A DNA stretch of 64,000 nt from a virus. The notes beneath the pieces were generated by a model that saw only the letters and a list, made by a program, of their open reading frames with translations, was not told the DNA's origin and ran no database searches. Position 1 is the stretch's first letter. Every line of letters begins with the position of its first letter. Shown here one piece after another: positions 8,594 to 18,621 of the stretch. The stretch lies in the IMG/VR virus record IMGVR_UViG_2721755455_000009. The stretch is one strand, 5' to 3'. A program made the position numbers and the translations under genes.

Positions 8594-10513
8594 TCAGATG
8601 GTCTGGGGGTTGGTGGGCGGGCGGTCGACGTCGCCGCGCGTGAGCAGCTCGAAGGCGTAGTCGGTGCCGGCCGCCTCGCTGGGCTGCACGGTGCGGATGG
8701 CTGCGAAGGGCTGCATGGCACCCACCGTGTTGATGCGCAGCACGTTGCCTGCGGCCCAGCCCTGGCCCCAGCCGATGGCGCGCACCGTGAAGTAAGGCGC
8801 GGCGCTGATGGGGTTGATGGGCGCGAAGTCGGTATTGATCGAGCCCGAGCCGATGTTGCCCACGTCCTGGCCGATGCACTCGAAGTTCGTGGTGTCCTTG
8901 AAGCGCAGCATCCAGCGCTGCGGGATGGCCCCGGCATTGGTCACCCGGATGGGCGCCACGGTGTCGTTGTAGCTGGCCAGAGCCTCGGCGCCGTCGACCG
9001 TGTCCTGCCAGCGGCCGGTCCAGGTGTTCTGGTCAAACAGGTGGCTCACGCGGGCGCGAAGCGTGCCCGACATGAGGGCGTTGCTGACGATGGAGCCCAC
9101 TGGGAATTCATGGCTCAGCGACTTCGTGAGGGTGATGGCCCCGCTGATCTGCACGTCCGACGCCCGTGCCATTTCCTCGATGCGGTGGAACACGCGCACG
9201 GGCTGCACCCAGCCGGTGGTGTCCTGCACGCTGACCAGGCCGGCGTCGAGGTCCACGGTCCAGCCCTGGTGGATCAGCTTGCTGTCGGCGCCCACCAGGT
9301 ACACGCGCGATAGCCGGGTGCGACCGCAGTTGAGGGTCTGGCCGTTGGTGAGCTGGGCGGGCCCGATCTTGCCGGTGTGGCCGATCACCAGATAGCCGCC
9401 AACCCGGTAGATGGGCACGCGGCCATCCTGCGGCAGGCGCACCGGGTCCAGGCCGATGACGGCCTCATCCAGGGGCAGGTAGAAATAGCTGACGCTGTTG
9501 TAGCGCAGCGTGGTCGGGTCCACGGGCCAGGGGCGCCAGATCTTGTCCGGCTGCACGGCGCCGATGTCGTCGGCCGAGTACCACCATTCGGACTTCTGGG
9601 CCGCAGTGAGCGAGGTGTCGAGCACGTAGTCCCCGAACTGCAGCTCCACCACGCCGGTCTGGTAGTCGATGCGCCCGCGCAGGTGATCGCCCGTGATCAG
9701 CCCGTCGATTCCGGCAATGGCCGTGATCTGGGCGCCGGTGGCGTCGGACAAATTCATCACGAAACCCGAAGGCTTGACAGGCGCGGCTGCGGTGCGCATG
9801 AAGATGCTGGCCGTGGTCCAGTTCTGGCGCACGGTCCACAGGCTCTCGACGGCGAAATCCGTGGGCGAGCCGCCCACGACATAGTCCGTGATGCGCGCCA
9901 CGCCACTGGAATAGTCCAGGGCGCCCGCGACGATGCCCGGGCTGATCGCCGTGCGGCCCCGCACAAGCACTCCGTCGTAGTCCTCATACACCTGGCCCAT
10001 CCATCGGAATCGCACGCTGTTGGGCACGATGTAGTCGGTGGTGTAGGGACACAAGTCCAGGGTGAGCGGCTCGGGCGTGTAGCTCATCACATGGTGCTGC
10101 GGGGATGCAAAGCCCTCGGCATACGTCAGCGTGACGGTGCTGGCCGCCAGGATCTCTTCGCTGACCGAGGTGTCGCTGCGCTCGCCGCCCTTGGACGACG
10201 AACTGCTCGAACCCGGGTCGCTCCCGCCACCGGACATGGACGTGGTCTCGAAGGTCTTGGCGTCCTCAAAATCGCTGTTGTAGCCCTCGGTCTTGCTGTC
10301 CAGCCGTAGGAAGCGCACGTTGGCGAACTTGCCCGCGTAGCTGATCGTGCCATCCGGGCCGAACGAGCCATGGCCGTCATCGGTCAGCAGATGGCGCACG
10401 GTGTCCTGCGTCTTGCTGGTCTGGTAGCTGGTCCTGCTGTGGCTTGAGGTCGACGTGGCTGTCGAGTTGGTATTGGTTGTCGTTGTGACGACGGCTGCGG
10501 CCATCCCGGTCAT
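8594..10513 (-). CDS. Large tail structural protein, second of a coupled pair
   Basis: ATG at 10513 overlaps the upstream TGA (ATGA); repeated G.IDY..G motifs; LGLDPVRLP-type motif. Confidence 0.75.
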   Translation of the reverse strand: MTGMAAAVVTTTTNTNSTATSTSSHSRTSYQTSKTQDTVRHLLTDDGHGSFGPDGTISYAGKFANVRFLRLDSKTEGYNSDFEDAKTFETTSMSGGGSDPGSSSSSSKGGERSDTSVSEEILAASTVTLTYAEGFASPQHHVMSYTPEPLTLDLCPYTTDYIVPNSVRFRWMGQVYEDYDGVLVRGRTAISPGIVAGALDYSSGVARITDYVVGGSPTDFAVESLWTVRQNWTTASIFMRTAAAPVKPSGFVMNLSDATGAQITAIAGIDGLITGDHLRGRIDYQTGVVELQFGDYVLDTSLTAAQKSEWWYSADDIGAVQPDKIWRPWPVDPTTLRYNSVSYFYLPLDEAVIGLDPVRLPQDGRVPIYRVGGYLVIGHTGKIGPAQLTNGQTLNCGRTRLSRVYLVGADSKLIHQGWTVDLDAGLVSVQDTTGWVQPVRVFHRIEEMARASDVQISGAITLTKSLSHEFPVGSIVSNALMSGTLRARVSHLFDQNTWTGRWQDTVDGAEALASYNDTVAPIRVTNAGAIPQRWMLRFKDTTNFECIGQDVGNIGSGSINTDFAPINPISAAPYFTVRAIGWGQGWAAGNVLRINTVGAMQPFAAIRTVQPSEAAGTDYAFELLTRGDVDRPPTNPQTI

Positions 10514-12402
10514 GATCCGTTGCTCCCGTTGGTGATGGATGAACCCCAGCGCCGGTAGGTGGTGCCACCGATGCTGATCTGCCCCTGCGCAAAGTCCCCT
10601 TCGGACCAAGTGACGCCCGTGGCATCGGGCACGGGGTAGTGGTAGCCGTCCGGCGCATATGCGGCGGTCACCTCGATGTAGACGGCCTCCTGCGTCAGCA
10701 CCCGCGTGCCGCCGGGGGCCATGTACTTGGCATAGATGTCGTTGCCTGGCAGCGGCACGCGGCTGGTCGTTGCCGGGGGCGCCACGGGCGGCACCTGGGG
10801 CATGTAGCTCACCTTGCTGGTGTTGCTGGTGTTCTTGGCGGCCGCCGTCCCCGCCGATGACGCGCCCGAGCTGGCAGACAGATTGCGCACCGTGATCCAG
10901 CTGATGGACACCGACCCGGCCGCAGGTTCGGTGTCGAAGTTGACCGTGGCGAAGCCGCCCGCATCGGGGGTCACGACCACGTTTTTTTCGATGATGTTCG
11001 CGTAGTCGTACTCGATGGCGAACTGGCCGCCCGCATCGACCATGAACTTGGGACGCAGCAGCAGCGCGCCCGAGGCATAGTTGATCTCGCCGGTGGCATC
11101 GCCCTGCAGCTGCCCGTCGTTGTCCGTGGCCGTGCGCAACACACCGGCCGACTGCCACTTGATCGACAGCGTGCCGCGCTTGATGCCCCGGTGGTCCAGG
11201 CGCAGCGCATGCTCGGGCAGCCGCCAGCCGGTGGCGCCGGTGCGATTCACGAACGCCGAGGCCTCGCCCCACTGAAAAATGATGCTCGAGCTGTCATCGG
11301 GCAGTTCCGGCAGCGTGACCGAGATGGAGCCGTTCGTGTAGTTGACCGTGCCCACGGCCCCGCCTGTCAGCTCGCCCTGTCCGTTGTCCGTGGCCGTGTA
11401 CCAGATGCCCAGGATCTGGAACGAGACGGCCACAGTATTGGGCGCGGGAAAGGGGCGCAGGATGTTCACCCATGAGTAGCCCCGGTTTTCCTGGCTCACG
11501 CGGATGCGCCGCGTGTGTGGAGCAGCGGCCACCCTGATATCGCGCGGCGCCGTGGCGAGGGTCAGCTGACGCACGCCGGCCGGGCGCTGGTCCAGCGCCA
11601 CGGACTCGGTGCGCGAGCTCGGCACCAGCTGGGTGTAGATGCTGGACACGCGCAGGACGTTTTCGCCCAGGGAGACCGCAGCGCTGAGTGTCTGTGCGCC
11701 ATAGTAGGTGGCCGCGTCGGCGACGGTGGTGTCGCGGATCTTGGTCTTGCTGGGATCGGGCGCGAAGGCCCGGCTGGGCGGGCTGCCTGCAAAAGCAGTG
11801 CGCAGGCGCGGGGTGATCTCGCACCGTGTAACGCTGGCCTGGTAATCGACGTAGCCCCCCGAGACGGAAAAGCTGAAAGTCTGCGTCTCGGTCTCGACCC
11901 GCAGCACGCGGACATACTGGATCACCTCATTGCCGGCGCCTTCGTTGGCCACCAGCACCAGGGTGCGGCCGATCGTAGGTGCCGGGGTCCCGGGGCGGTG
12001 GAAGATGTGGATGGCTGCCTGCCCCTGGACGTGGTTCTCAAGCAGGAAGCCGTTCCACTCGGGCGCAGGGATCAGGTAACTGGCGATGGCCGCAGCGATC
12101 TCAGTGCGCCGGTCGAAGGCCCCGCAAGGCACCAGCGTCACGCTCACGTTGGGGTCCGTGGGCATGCCCGACAGGATCACGTTGGCGTCCAGCAGCGCTT
12201 CGGTGTCAGGGGTGCGCACGGCCGAGAACAGCTGACGGATGCTGGCATCGCCGCCAGCACGGTCCACCTCGGTCACATCGGGGAACACGCCATTGCTGAC
12301 GCCCCACTCGATCACGTTGCCCGAGGGGCCACCACCGCCCTCGGGAACGTCGTCCATCACCTTGCTGGCGAGCAGAACGATGTCGCCGTCTCGAATAGTC
12401 AT
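10510..12402 (-). CDS. Large tail structural protein, first of a coupled pair
   Basis: 630 aa; G.(V/I)NY..G repeats; tail module context. Confidence 0.75.
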   Translation of the reverse strand: MTIRDGDIVLLASKVMDDVPEGGGGPSGNVIEWGVSNGVFPDVTEVDRAGGDASIRQLFSAVRTPDTEALLDANVILSGMPTDPNVSVTLVPCGAFDRRTEIAAAIASYLIPAPEWNGFLLENHVQGQAAIHIFHRPGTPAPTIGRTLVLVANEGAGNEVIQYVRVLRVETETQTFSFSVSGGYVDYQASVTRCEITPRLRTAFAGSPPSRAFAPDPSKTKIRDTTVADAATYYGAQTLSAAVSLGENVLRVSSIYTQLVPSSRTESVALDQRPAGVRQLTLATAPRDIRVAAAPHTRRIRVSQENRGYSWVNILRPFPAPNTVAVSFQILGIWYTATDNGQGELTGGAVGTVNYTNGSISVTLPELPDDSSSIIFQWGEASAFVNRTGATGWRLPEHALRLDHRGIKRGTLSIKWQSAGVLRTATDNDGQLQGDATGEINYASGALLLRPKFMVDAGGQFAIEYDYANIIEKNVVVTPDAGGFATVNFDTEPAAGSVSISWITVRNLSASSGASSAGTAAAKNTSNTSKVSYMPQVPPVAPPATTSRVPLPGNDIYAKYMAPGGTRVLTQEAVYIEVTAAYAPDGYHYPVPDATGVTWSEGDFAQGQISIGGTTYRRWGSSITNGSNGS

Positions 12403-12818
12403 AGGATTTCACTCGCTTCAAGGAAACGCAGCACCAGGCTGCAGGAGTAGTCCCCGTCCTCGGGGTCGCTGTACTCGATGACCGACTGCATCGCCAGGGC
12501 GCGCGTGGTCTCCGCATCGCCGTGGTCAAACACGACGATGTAGTCCTCGCCGAGCAGGCGCAGCGTCATACGCAGGCCGGGCACTGCAGCCCATGCGCGC
12601 AGAGCCCGAAGAGTTGCCCGCGAGATCCAGGCGCTGTTGCCATCGCCCTGCAGCGTGATGGGCCGGCCGCCGTTGCGCGCCATGGCGTCGATGATCAGCG
12701 TGCCGAAAATGCCTCGCTCACTCTTCTGAGCCACGGCCGACCACGTCAGCTCATCGACCCAAATCAGGTCTTTGGGCAACTCGATCACGTCGAGGCCGTA
12801 TGTGAGGGTGATGGACAT
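12399..12818 (-). CDS. Distal tail-like virion protein
   Basis: MSITLTYG...WVDELTWS...GRPITL; immediately after the tape measure gene. Confidence 0.7.
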   Translation of the reverse strand: MSITLTYGLDVIELPKDLIWVDELTWSAVAQKSERGIFGTLIIDAMARNGGRPITLQGDGNSAWISRATLRALRAWAAVPGLRMTLRLLGEDYIVVFDHGDAETTRALAMQSVIEYSDPEDGDYSCSLVLRFLEASEIL

Positions 12819-12822
12819 GTGT

Positions 12823-15800
12823 TCAGGCTCCCAGCTGGATCTTCTGCTGCTCAAGCACACGCACGACTTCCCGCGCAAGGGCTTCTATGGACTGCTGGCC
12901 AGTGGCAGTTGTCGGCACGGGATAGGCCATGCTGTTGCCGATGTAGACATTGACGATGCGCTCGACACGACCGCCACCCGAGCCACCTTCACCACCGCCG
13001 GTACCGCCCCCCGTGCCGCCGCCCGTGCCGCCTCCGGTACCGCTGCCGGTCTCGGCCTTTTTCTTCGCGGCCTCCATGGATTCGCGGATCGACAGGGCGT
13101 CCAGCTCACGCTGGTACTCGAACATGGTCAGGTCGAACATGTAGTTGCCAAGCGCCCCGGAACTCTTCGTAGTGAAGGGGTTGTCTCGGGCGTACTGTTC
13201 TTCCCACTTCTTGCGCCACGCTTCGGCCTCTGCGGTGCTGTTGAACGTGGGCACAAGATCCTGCTGGGACGTCGCGCCCCGATTCATGAACTTGGATTTG
13301 TCGAGATCGGAGTTCCAGTTGTCCTGTCGCTGCTGGAAGGCCGCAGATAGCATCTGACCTTGCTTGACCAGTTGCTGGACCTTCTCGGAGACCTTGTCGG
13401 CCTCGATACCCATGCTGCGCAGCACATCGGCGGCCGTGCGGCCCAGCGTGGTGAACTCACCGGCGGCACCCTTGGCCGCCAGCCCCAGGCCGTCCACGCC
13501 TTTCTTTGCATCGGCGGTCGAGACCAAGGTGGCCTTGCCTGCCGCATCCACTTCGACCTTGTAGCCACGCACCGCGGCCATTGACTTGACCCATTCAGGG
13601 GCAATTCCCTTGTTTGCCGCGATGGCGTCTTCAGCGGCCTTCTTGAAGCCATCGCTTAGTTCCCGCGCACTGGCTTTTCCAGAGGTCAGCATCACTTCAA
13701 ACGCGCTGCGCGACTTGGCAGCGACGTCCTTGAAAGTCGCATCCGATGTAACACCCAGCTGAGCCATGGCTTCGCGCAGGCTGTTGATTCCCGGCTTGGC
13801 CTTCTCAAGCGCATCGGTCAGCTCAAGGGCCTTGGTTTTGGCCTGGTCGAGCAGGCCGTCGACGACCTTGTCACCCAGCGTCCTGCGCAGTTGTTCGACG
13901 CGCACGCGGACTTCGTCGATGGCCTTCTGGCTGTCGGCGGTGTTGATGGCTTTGACCAGACTGGCCTCAAGCACCCGGCCCGCATCAATGCCCTGCTGCT
14001 TGAGACGGTCCAGCCCCCCGATCACGACGTCGAGATCATTGAGTGCGCTGGCAGATGCGGCGCCGATCTTGCCCTGCAAGCTGGAGAACTCGACGCCGGT
14101 TCGCTGCACGGCTGCGCGCAGCACGTTGTCCATCATCTGGGCGACGCGCTCACCTTCACGCGTGGCCGCCGCCATGGTGCCCTCCAGGCGTTGGCGCAGA
14201 CCGTTGACTACCTCTTCCGACGCGCCGGACTTGATCGCCTCCTCGAGCTGCTTGCCCAGCTTCTTGGCCTCATATCCGGCACTGGCAAATGCCTGGCGCG
14301 CCAAGACCTCGAACTTGCGCAGATCCTGGCCCTCAAGGGCCTTAGCCCAGGCGGCTTGGAACTCGCCCGCGCTGAGCTTTCCATCGGCCACCAGCTTGTC
14401 CAGCACGGCCGATGCGTTACGGATGCCCGGCGCAGAGCCAAGGTCGAAGTCCTTGCCGATCTTGGCGATGGCCTCGGCCGCCGTATCTCCATCCTTGCGC
14501 AGCTTGTCGAACTTGCCGATCAGCTCGGTCGACTGCTTGCTCAGGTCAAAGCTTCGGCTGCGCACCTCCTCCAATGCTGCAGCCTGGCGCCGCAGCGCAT
14601 CGGCATGCTGCTTGGCGGCTTCCTCGGACAGGCGCGACTGGCGCTCGGCCTCTTCCAAAGCCTTGCCGTAGCCCATGGCCTTCGCGGCGGTCTCACCCAG
14701 CCACACGCCCAGGCGCTGAATCTCCGGCGCCAGGAATGTCAGCGCGACGCCCAAGCCCAGCGGGCCGCCCAGCAGGCCGGTGAGCGCGCCCACGCCTCGG
14801 CCCAAAAGGCCCACATTTCCAGTTGCCGAGGCCGCTGCTGCAGCAAAGCGTCCCTTGGCTGCCGCCGATGCGTCGAGGGCAGCCGTGGTCTGCGCCGTCT
14901 GCCGCTGCAACTCCCCCTGGCTGCCATTCACGCCCTTGAGGGCATTGCCCAGTTCACCCCAGGACTTGGCATTCGCTGTCTGGGCGGCGGTACTGGTGGC
15001 GGAGGCCGCAGCGTTTGCAGCCTGGGCCGCCGCACTGGCGTTGACAGCGATGGCATTGGCACGGTGCGCGGCCGTGTTGGCGGCCGTGGCCACGCTGTTG
15101 GCCTCGACCGCCTGGGTGGCAGTGATGGTCTTGGCAGCCCAGCCCGCAAACCATTCGGCAATCTTGGCGATCTGCATCGCGCCCCAGACCTTGCCGGCCG
15201 CAGTCAGTGTGTTGACCAGGATGTCGAGGTTGCCGGCCAGGGCGTCGATGACCTTGGCAGCGTTCGTGCTGCTGATCAGGCCCTTGTCCGCTGCTCCGAC
15301 ATACAGCGTCCACTGCGTGGAGAGGTTCTGCAGGGCACGGCCCACGGTGGGCGGCAGCTTGCCGTACTCGCGCGCCACCACATCTGCCTGGCCCTCCAGG
15401 GCCTTCATGACGGTTTCCGCCGTCAGGGCGCCCTGCCCGGCCATCTCCCGCAGCTCGCCAGTGGTGACGTTCAGGCCCTTGGACAGCGCCTCGGCCAGGC
15501 GCGGAGCCTGCTCCATGACCGAGTTGAATTCTTCGCCGCGCAACACACCTGACTGCAGGCCCTGGATCAGCTGCGTCAGCGCGGCCCTGGCGGACTCGGC
15601 CGCGCCGCCCGACAGTTGCGTGGCCTGGTTGATGGTGGTGGTCAGCCGCAGCGCCCGCTCCTGCGCGGCGGCTGCAGCCATGCCGCCCTCCTGCGAGGCT
15701 TTGGTCAGGCGCGCGAACAGGTTGCCGGTTTCCTCCAGCGAGCTGTTGGTCGCCAGGGCGACGCGCTGCACGCCGCCGAAGGACTTCTCGAACAGCGGGC

Positions 15801-16779
15801 CTTCACCCGTGGCGAGCTTGACACGGGCCTCGAGGTTCTTGAATTCGTCGGCTGTCGCGCCTACGTCCTTGATCAGACCACCGAAGTAGCCACCGCCAAT
15901 CGCCAGCGTGGCGATCTGCTGGATGCGCTGCAGCTGCGCGCTGATCGATGACATACCCTCACGCAGCGTGCGCTGGTTCGCTGCCTGCACCTGGGTGGAC
16001 TGCGAGGATGCTGCAGCGGCCTGCTGGTATGCCGGCGCCATGGCCGCCACGGCCTCTCGGACTTGCTGCACGGCGCCCTGCAGGTTGCGCTCCTGTGCAG
16101 TCAGGTTCGTGGTGCTCAGGCCCACGGCCTGCATCTGGTCCCGAACGGCGGCCAGTGTGCCGTTCTTGACGCGCAGCTCGCTCGACAGCTTCGCTGCGCT
16201 GCCGATGGCCAGGTCGTATTCCTTGCGCAGCGCAGCCTCGGCATTCTGCGCGGTAGTCGCAGCCTGGGCCGCTTCGCGCTGGCCGGCCTGCTGAGACTTC
16301 AGCTCGGCGGTCGCAGCCTTGATGCCGTCCTTCAGGCCCGCGACAGTATTGCGGTAGTCGTCCGTGCGCCTGGCCGTGCCCGTGGTCTCATCGCGCACGG
16401 CCTTGAGCGCGTCTTTCTTGCGCTGCAGTTCGGCCTGGGCCTGCTGGGTGGCAGTCGTCGCTGTCTTCTCGGCGGTGGCGAGTGTCTGCGTTTTGCCGCC
16501 CGCTTCCTGCAGCTCGTTGCCCAGGCGATCGACGGTGGAGACGGCTTTTTCAAACTCCTGCGACAGAGACTGCGTCTGCAGCTTCAGTGCCCCGAATTCG
16601 TTCAGCGCCCGCTGCTTGGCGCCCAGCGCCTCGAGGGCCTGGGCTGCGTCCTGGGCGCTTTTCTGCAGATCGCCCTCGAGCACGTCCCCGACATCCCGCA
16701 GCGTCTTCGCCAGTTGCTCGGCATCGGCCTCGCCCTTGACGGCGGCTTCGATGTCGTATTTGATCTTTGGGTCTGCCAT
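12823..16779 (-). CDS. Tail tape measure protein
   Basis: 1318 aa Ala-rich helical protein; QL.QGLQSGVLRGEEFNSVMEQAP tape-measure motif. Confidence 0.92.
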   Translation of the reverse strand: MADPKIKYDIEAAVKGEADAEQLAKTLRDVGDVLEGDLQKSAQDAAQALEALGAKQRALNEFGALKLQTQSLSQEFEKAVSTVDRLGNELQEAGGKTQTLATAEKTATTATQQAQAELQRKKDALKAVRDETTGTARRTDDYRNTVAGLKDGIKAATAELKSQQAGQREAAQAATTAQNAEAALRKEYDLAIGSAAKLSSELRVKNGTLAAVRDQMQAVGLSTTNLTAQERNLQGAVQQVREAVAAMAPAYQQAAAASSQSTQVQAANQRTLREGMSSISAQLQRIQQIATLAIGGGYFGGLIKDVGATADEFKNLEARVKLATGEGPLFEKSFGGVQRVALATNSSLEETGNLFARLTKASQEGGMAAAAAQERALRLTTTINQATQLSGGAAESARAALTQLIQGLQSGVLRGEEFNSVMEQAPRLAEALSKGLNVTTGELREMAGQGALTAETVMKALEGQADVVAREYGKLPPTVGRALQNLSTQWTLYVGAADKGLISSTNAAKVIDALAGNLDILVNTLTAAGKVWGAMQIAKIAEWFAGWAAKTITATQAVEANSVATAANTAAHRANAIAVNASAAAQAANAAASATSTAAQTANAKSWGELGNALKGVNGSQGELQRQTAQTTAALDASAAAKGRFAAAAASATGNVGLLGRGVGALTGLLGGPLGLGVALTFLAPEIQRLGVWLGETAAKAMGYGKALEEAERQSRLSEEAAKQHADALRRQAAALEEVRSRSFDLSKQSTELIGKFDKLRKDGDTAAEAIAKIGKDFDLGSAPGIRNASAVLDKLVADGKLSAGEFQAAWAKALEGQDLRKFEVLARQAFASAGYEAKKLGKQLEEAIKSGASEEVVNGLRQRLEGTMAAATREGERVAQMMDNVLRAAVQRTGVEFSSLQGKIGAASASALNDLDVVIGGLDRLKQQGIDAGRVLEASLVKAINTADSQKAIDEVRVRVEQLRRTLGDKVVDGLLDQAKTKALELTDALEKAKPGINSLREAMAQLGVTSDATFKDVAAKSRSAFEVMLTSGKASARELSDGFKKAAEDAIAANKGIAPEWVKSMAAVRGYKVEVDAAGKATLVSTADAKKGVDGLGLAAKGAAGEFTTLGRTAADVLRSMGIEADKVSEKVQQLVKQGQMLSAAFQQRQDNWNSDLDKSKFMNRGATSQQDLVPTFNSTAEAEAWRKKWEEQYARDNPFTTKSSGALGNYMFDLTMFEYQRELDALSIRESMEAAKKKAETGSGTGGGTGGGTGGGTGGGEGGSGGGRVERIVNVYIGNSMAYPVPTTATGQQSIEALAREVVRVLEQQKIQLGA

Positions 16780-16801
16780 GTTGGCGCTCAGAGGTCAGGT
16801 G

Positions 16802-16984
16802 ATGAGAGGATTGATCTGGTGCATCGCACTGGTGTGCGCGGGATTGCCGCTGGCCCTGCTGGGCCTGTGGCTGGATTCCGAGCGCCTGATGGCGATCGGT
16901 GCCGGGGCCATCGCCACCGTGGTGGTGGGATGGCCGGTGCTGCTGCTGATGGGCGCGGTACAGACGTCTGCACCGCGCCGCTGA
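16802..16984 (+). CDS. Small two-TM membrane protein (moron) antisense to the tail operon
   Basis: MRGLIWCIALV...; fills the tube-TMP gap; GAGG SD upstream. Confidence 0.6.
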   Translation: MRGLIWCIALVCAGLPLALLGLWLDSERLMAIGAGAIATVVVGWPVLLLMGAVQTSAPRR

Positions 16985-17761
16985 TCAGTCGCCTGCGGTC
17001 GGGAAACGGACCTCGTAGCCTTCGGTCTTGCCCGCCGGCGTGACGATCTTCCCGGTCAGGGTGATTGCCGAGTAGTCCGAGCCCAGGAAGTCGAAGCCGT
17101 TGTTGGCGCCCAGCACGCATTCGTGAACGTCCACCTCGATCGGCGAGCCATCCACCATGTTCTTGCCGTCGAAGCGGGCCTGGCAGCGCACCTGGGTAAC
17201 ACGTCCGCCCAGGATCTTCTTGCCGTCCACAGCAGCATAGGTGCCTGTCAACCGTACCGTGTCGTCCTTCGCAGGCGCCCCATTCGTTGCCAGAATGCGG
17301 ATCTCCCCGCGCAGCCAGTTGACTTCGTAGTGGGTGCCAAGGACATAGTCATCCCCAGCTCCTGCGGGCTTGACCGCGAAGCCCTGGTCGCTCAGATTGC
17401 GTTTACCCACAGGCAGCCAAACGCCCACGGCGCTGACAACGAAGTTCTGGTCGGTCAGCGTGCCCGAACCCTGCGTGACCGTTTCCACAAGGCCTTGGAA
17501 CTGCATGGCCATGGCAGCAACGCTGGCGGCCGACAGCTCGACGGTGATCTCGGTGGGCTTGGGCAGCACCACCGACGCCCGGGCCTGGCCGTAGTCGAGG
17601 TGGGAGCGGGATTCGGAGACCTTCTCCTCGAAATTGGGCTTGATCTCGAACTTGTCGGCGTCGAGCGATTCGCCGAAACCGTCATAGGCCTGAGCGGCCG
17701 TATTCCAGATGTTGAGCGAGACAAGGCCCCCGGCCAGGATGGCACGTGCTGTGGTGGACAT
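16985..17761 (-). CDS. Major tail tube protein
   Basis: 258 aa, beta-rich, YVLGTHYEV..GEIRIL motif; position before the TMP. Confidence 0.75.
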   Translation of the reverse strand: MSTTARAILAGGLVSLNIWNTAAQAYDGFGESLDADKFEIKPNFEEKVSESRSHLDYGQARASVVLPKPTEITVELSAASVAAMAMQFQGLVETVTQGSGTLTDQNFVVSAVGVWLPVGKRNLSDQGFAVKPAGAGDDYVLGTHYEVNWLRGEIRILATNGAPAKDDTVRLTGTYAAVDGKKILGGRVTQVRCQARFDGKNMVDGSPIEVDVHECVLGANNGFDFLGSDYSAITLTGKIVTPAGKTEGYEVRFPTAGD

Positions 17762-17825
17762 GGTGATTTCCTTCCAAAAAACAAAACCCGCTCAAGGCGG
17801 GCAATCTGCTGAATCGACCCGGCAC

Positions 17826-18287
17826 CTATGCCGGATCGCGGTACGCGAGGGTGAATAGGCCCTGCACCAGTGCACCGCCCACGTCGATGTTTTCGATGCG
17901 GTAGCGCACGTCGCCCTCCACCATGCCGCCGCCTTCGATCTCGATGCCCATCTGCGCGAGCAGTGGCAGGCACTCGAGCACAGTGCGTTTGGCGAGGCGG
18001 TAGTCGGCGTGGGCATCCTGGCGCGCGGAATCGGTACGGCTGATGACTCCGAGTGCGAAGCCATAGGACCGGCGCGCCCGCTGGCCCGGCTGATCGCCTC
18101 GCGGCTTGTCGGCCTGGTCCTCAACGAGCAGCACGCGGTCGCCTGTGGATAGGTCCGCAGCGGTCACAGGGTTGTCGCAGAGGACCGCGCCCTGCAGGCC
18201 TTCAGCCGCCTGCAGGGCCTGGACAACGGCGCGGCCGATCACAAACGGTGCCCCATAGCGCAGCACATCAGGATGCGGTTTGGTCAT
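17826..18287 (-). CDS. Tail terminator/completion protein
   Basis: Size and position in the neck module. Confidence 0.6.
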   Translation of the reverse strand: MTKPHPDVLRYGAPFVIGRAVVQALQAAEGLQGAVLCDNPVTAADLSTGDRVLLVEDQADKPRGDQPGQRARRSYGFALGVISRTDSARQDAHADYRLAKRTVLECLPLLAQMGIEIEGGGMVEGDVRYRIENIDVGGALVQGLFTLAYRDPA

Positions 18288-18619
18288 GGCCTCGCGCTGC
18301 CCAGCAGCGCCTCCATTTCCGATCCATCGTTGACACGCCGAGGCATGGCCAGCACGCGCAATCGGTCGCCCACGCGCACGCCGATCGTGGGCTCATCGGC
18401 CTGCGCGATCAGCACGTCGCGCTCGCGCAGGTTGATGATCGATGGCAGGCGCAGCGTACGGTCTGCAGCGATAACCCGGCCGTCCAGTGCCTCTTCATCG
18501 ATGACGCCCAGAATCCCCGTGGCCGAACCCACGACTGCGCCCTGTCGCTCGATGGAGAACGTCAGGGCGAAGTCGTCGCCGTAGAACACCTCGCGCAGGT
18601 CGCGGTCGAGGTCCAGCAT
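18284..18619 (-). CDS. Head-tail joining protein
   Basis: Size, position and coupling. Confidence 0.6.
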   Translation of the reverse strand: MLDLDRDLREVFYGDDFALTFSIERQGAVVGSATGILGVIDEEALDGRVIAADRTLRLPSIINLRERDVLIAQADEPTIGVRVGDRLRVLAMPRRVNDGSEMEALLGSARP

Positions 18620-18621
18620 GG

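Noticed and set aside
10514..11272. N-terminal extension of the 892-aa ORF
   Set aside because: Overlaps the upstream tail gene out of frame; the real start is the coupled ATG at 10513
3814..12402. Diversity-generating retroelement or invertible tail-fibre cassette
   Set aside because: No reverse transcriptase, invertase or template/variable repeat pair seen by eye
12970..13050. GGGT repeats at the end of the tape measure gene (and the Pro-rich terL tail at ~25380-25650)
   Set aside because: Ordinary low-complexity linkers
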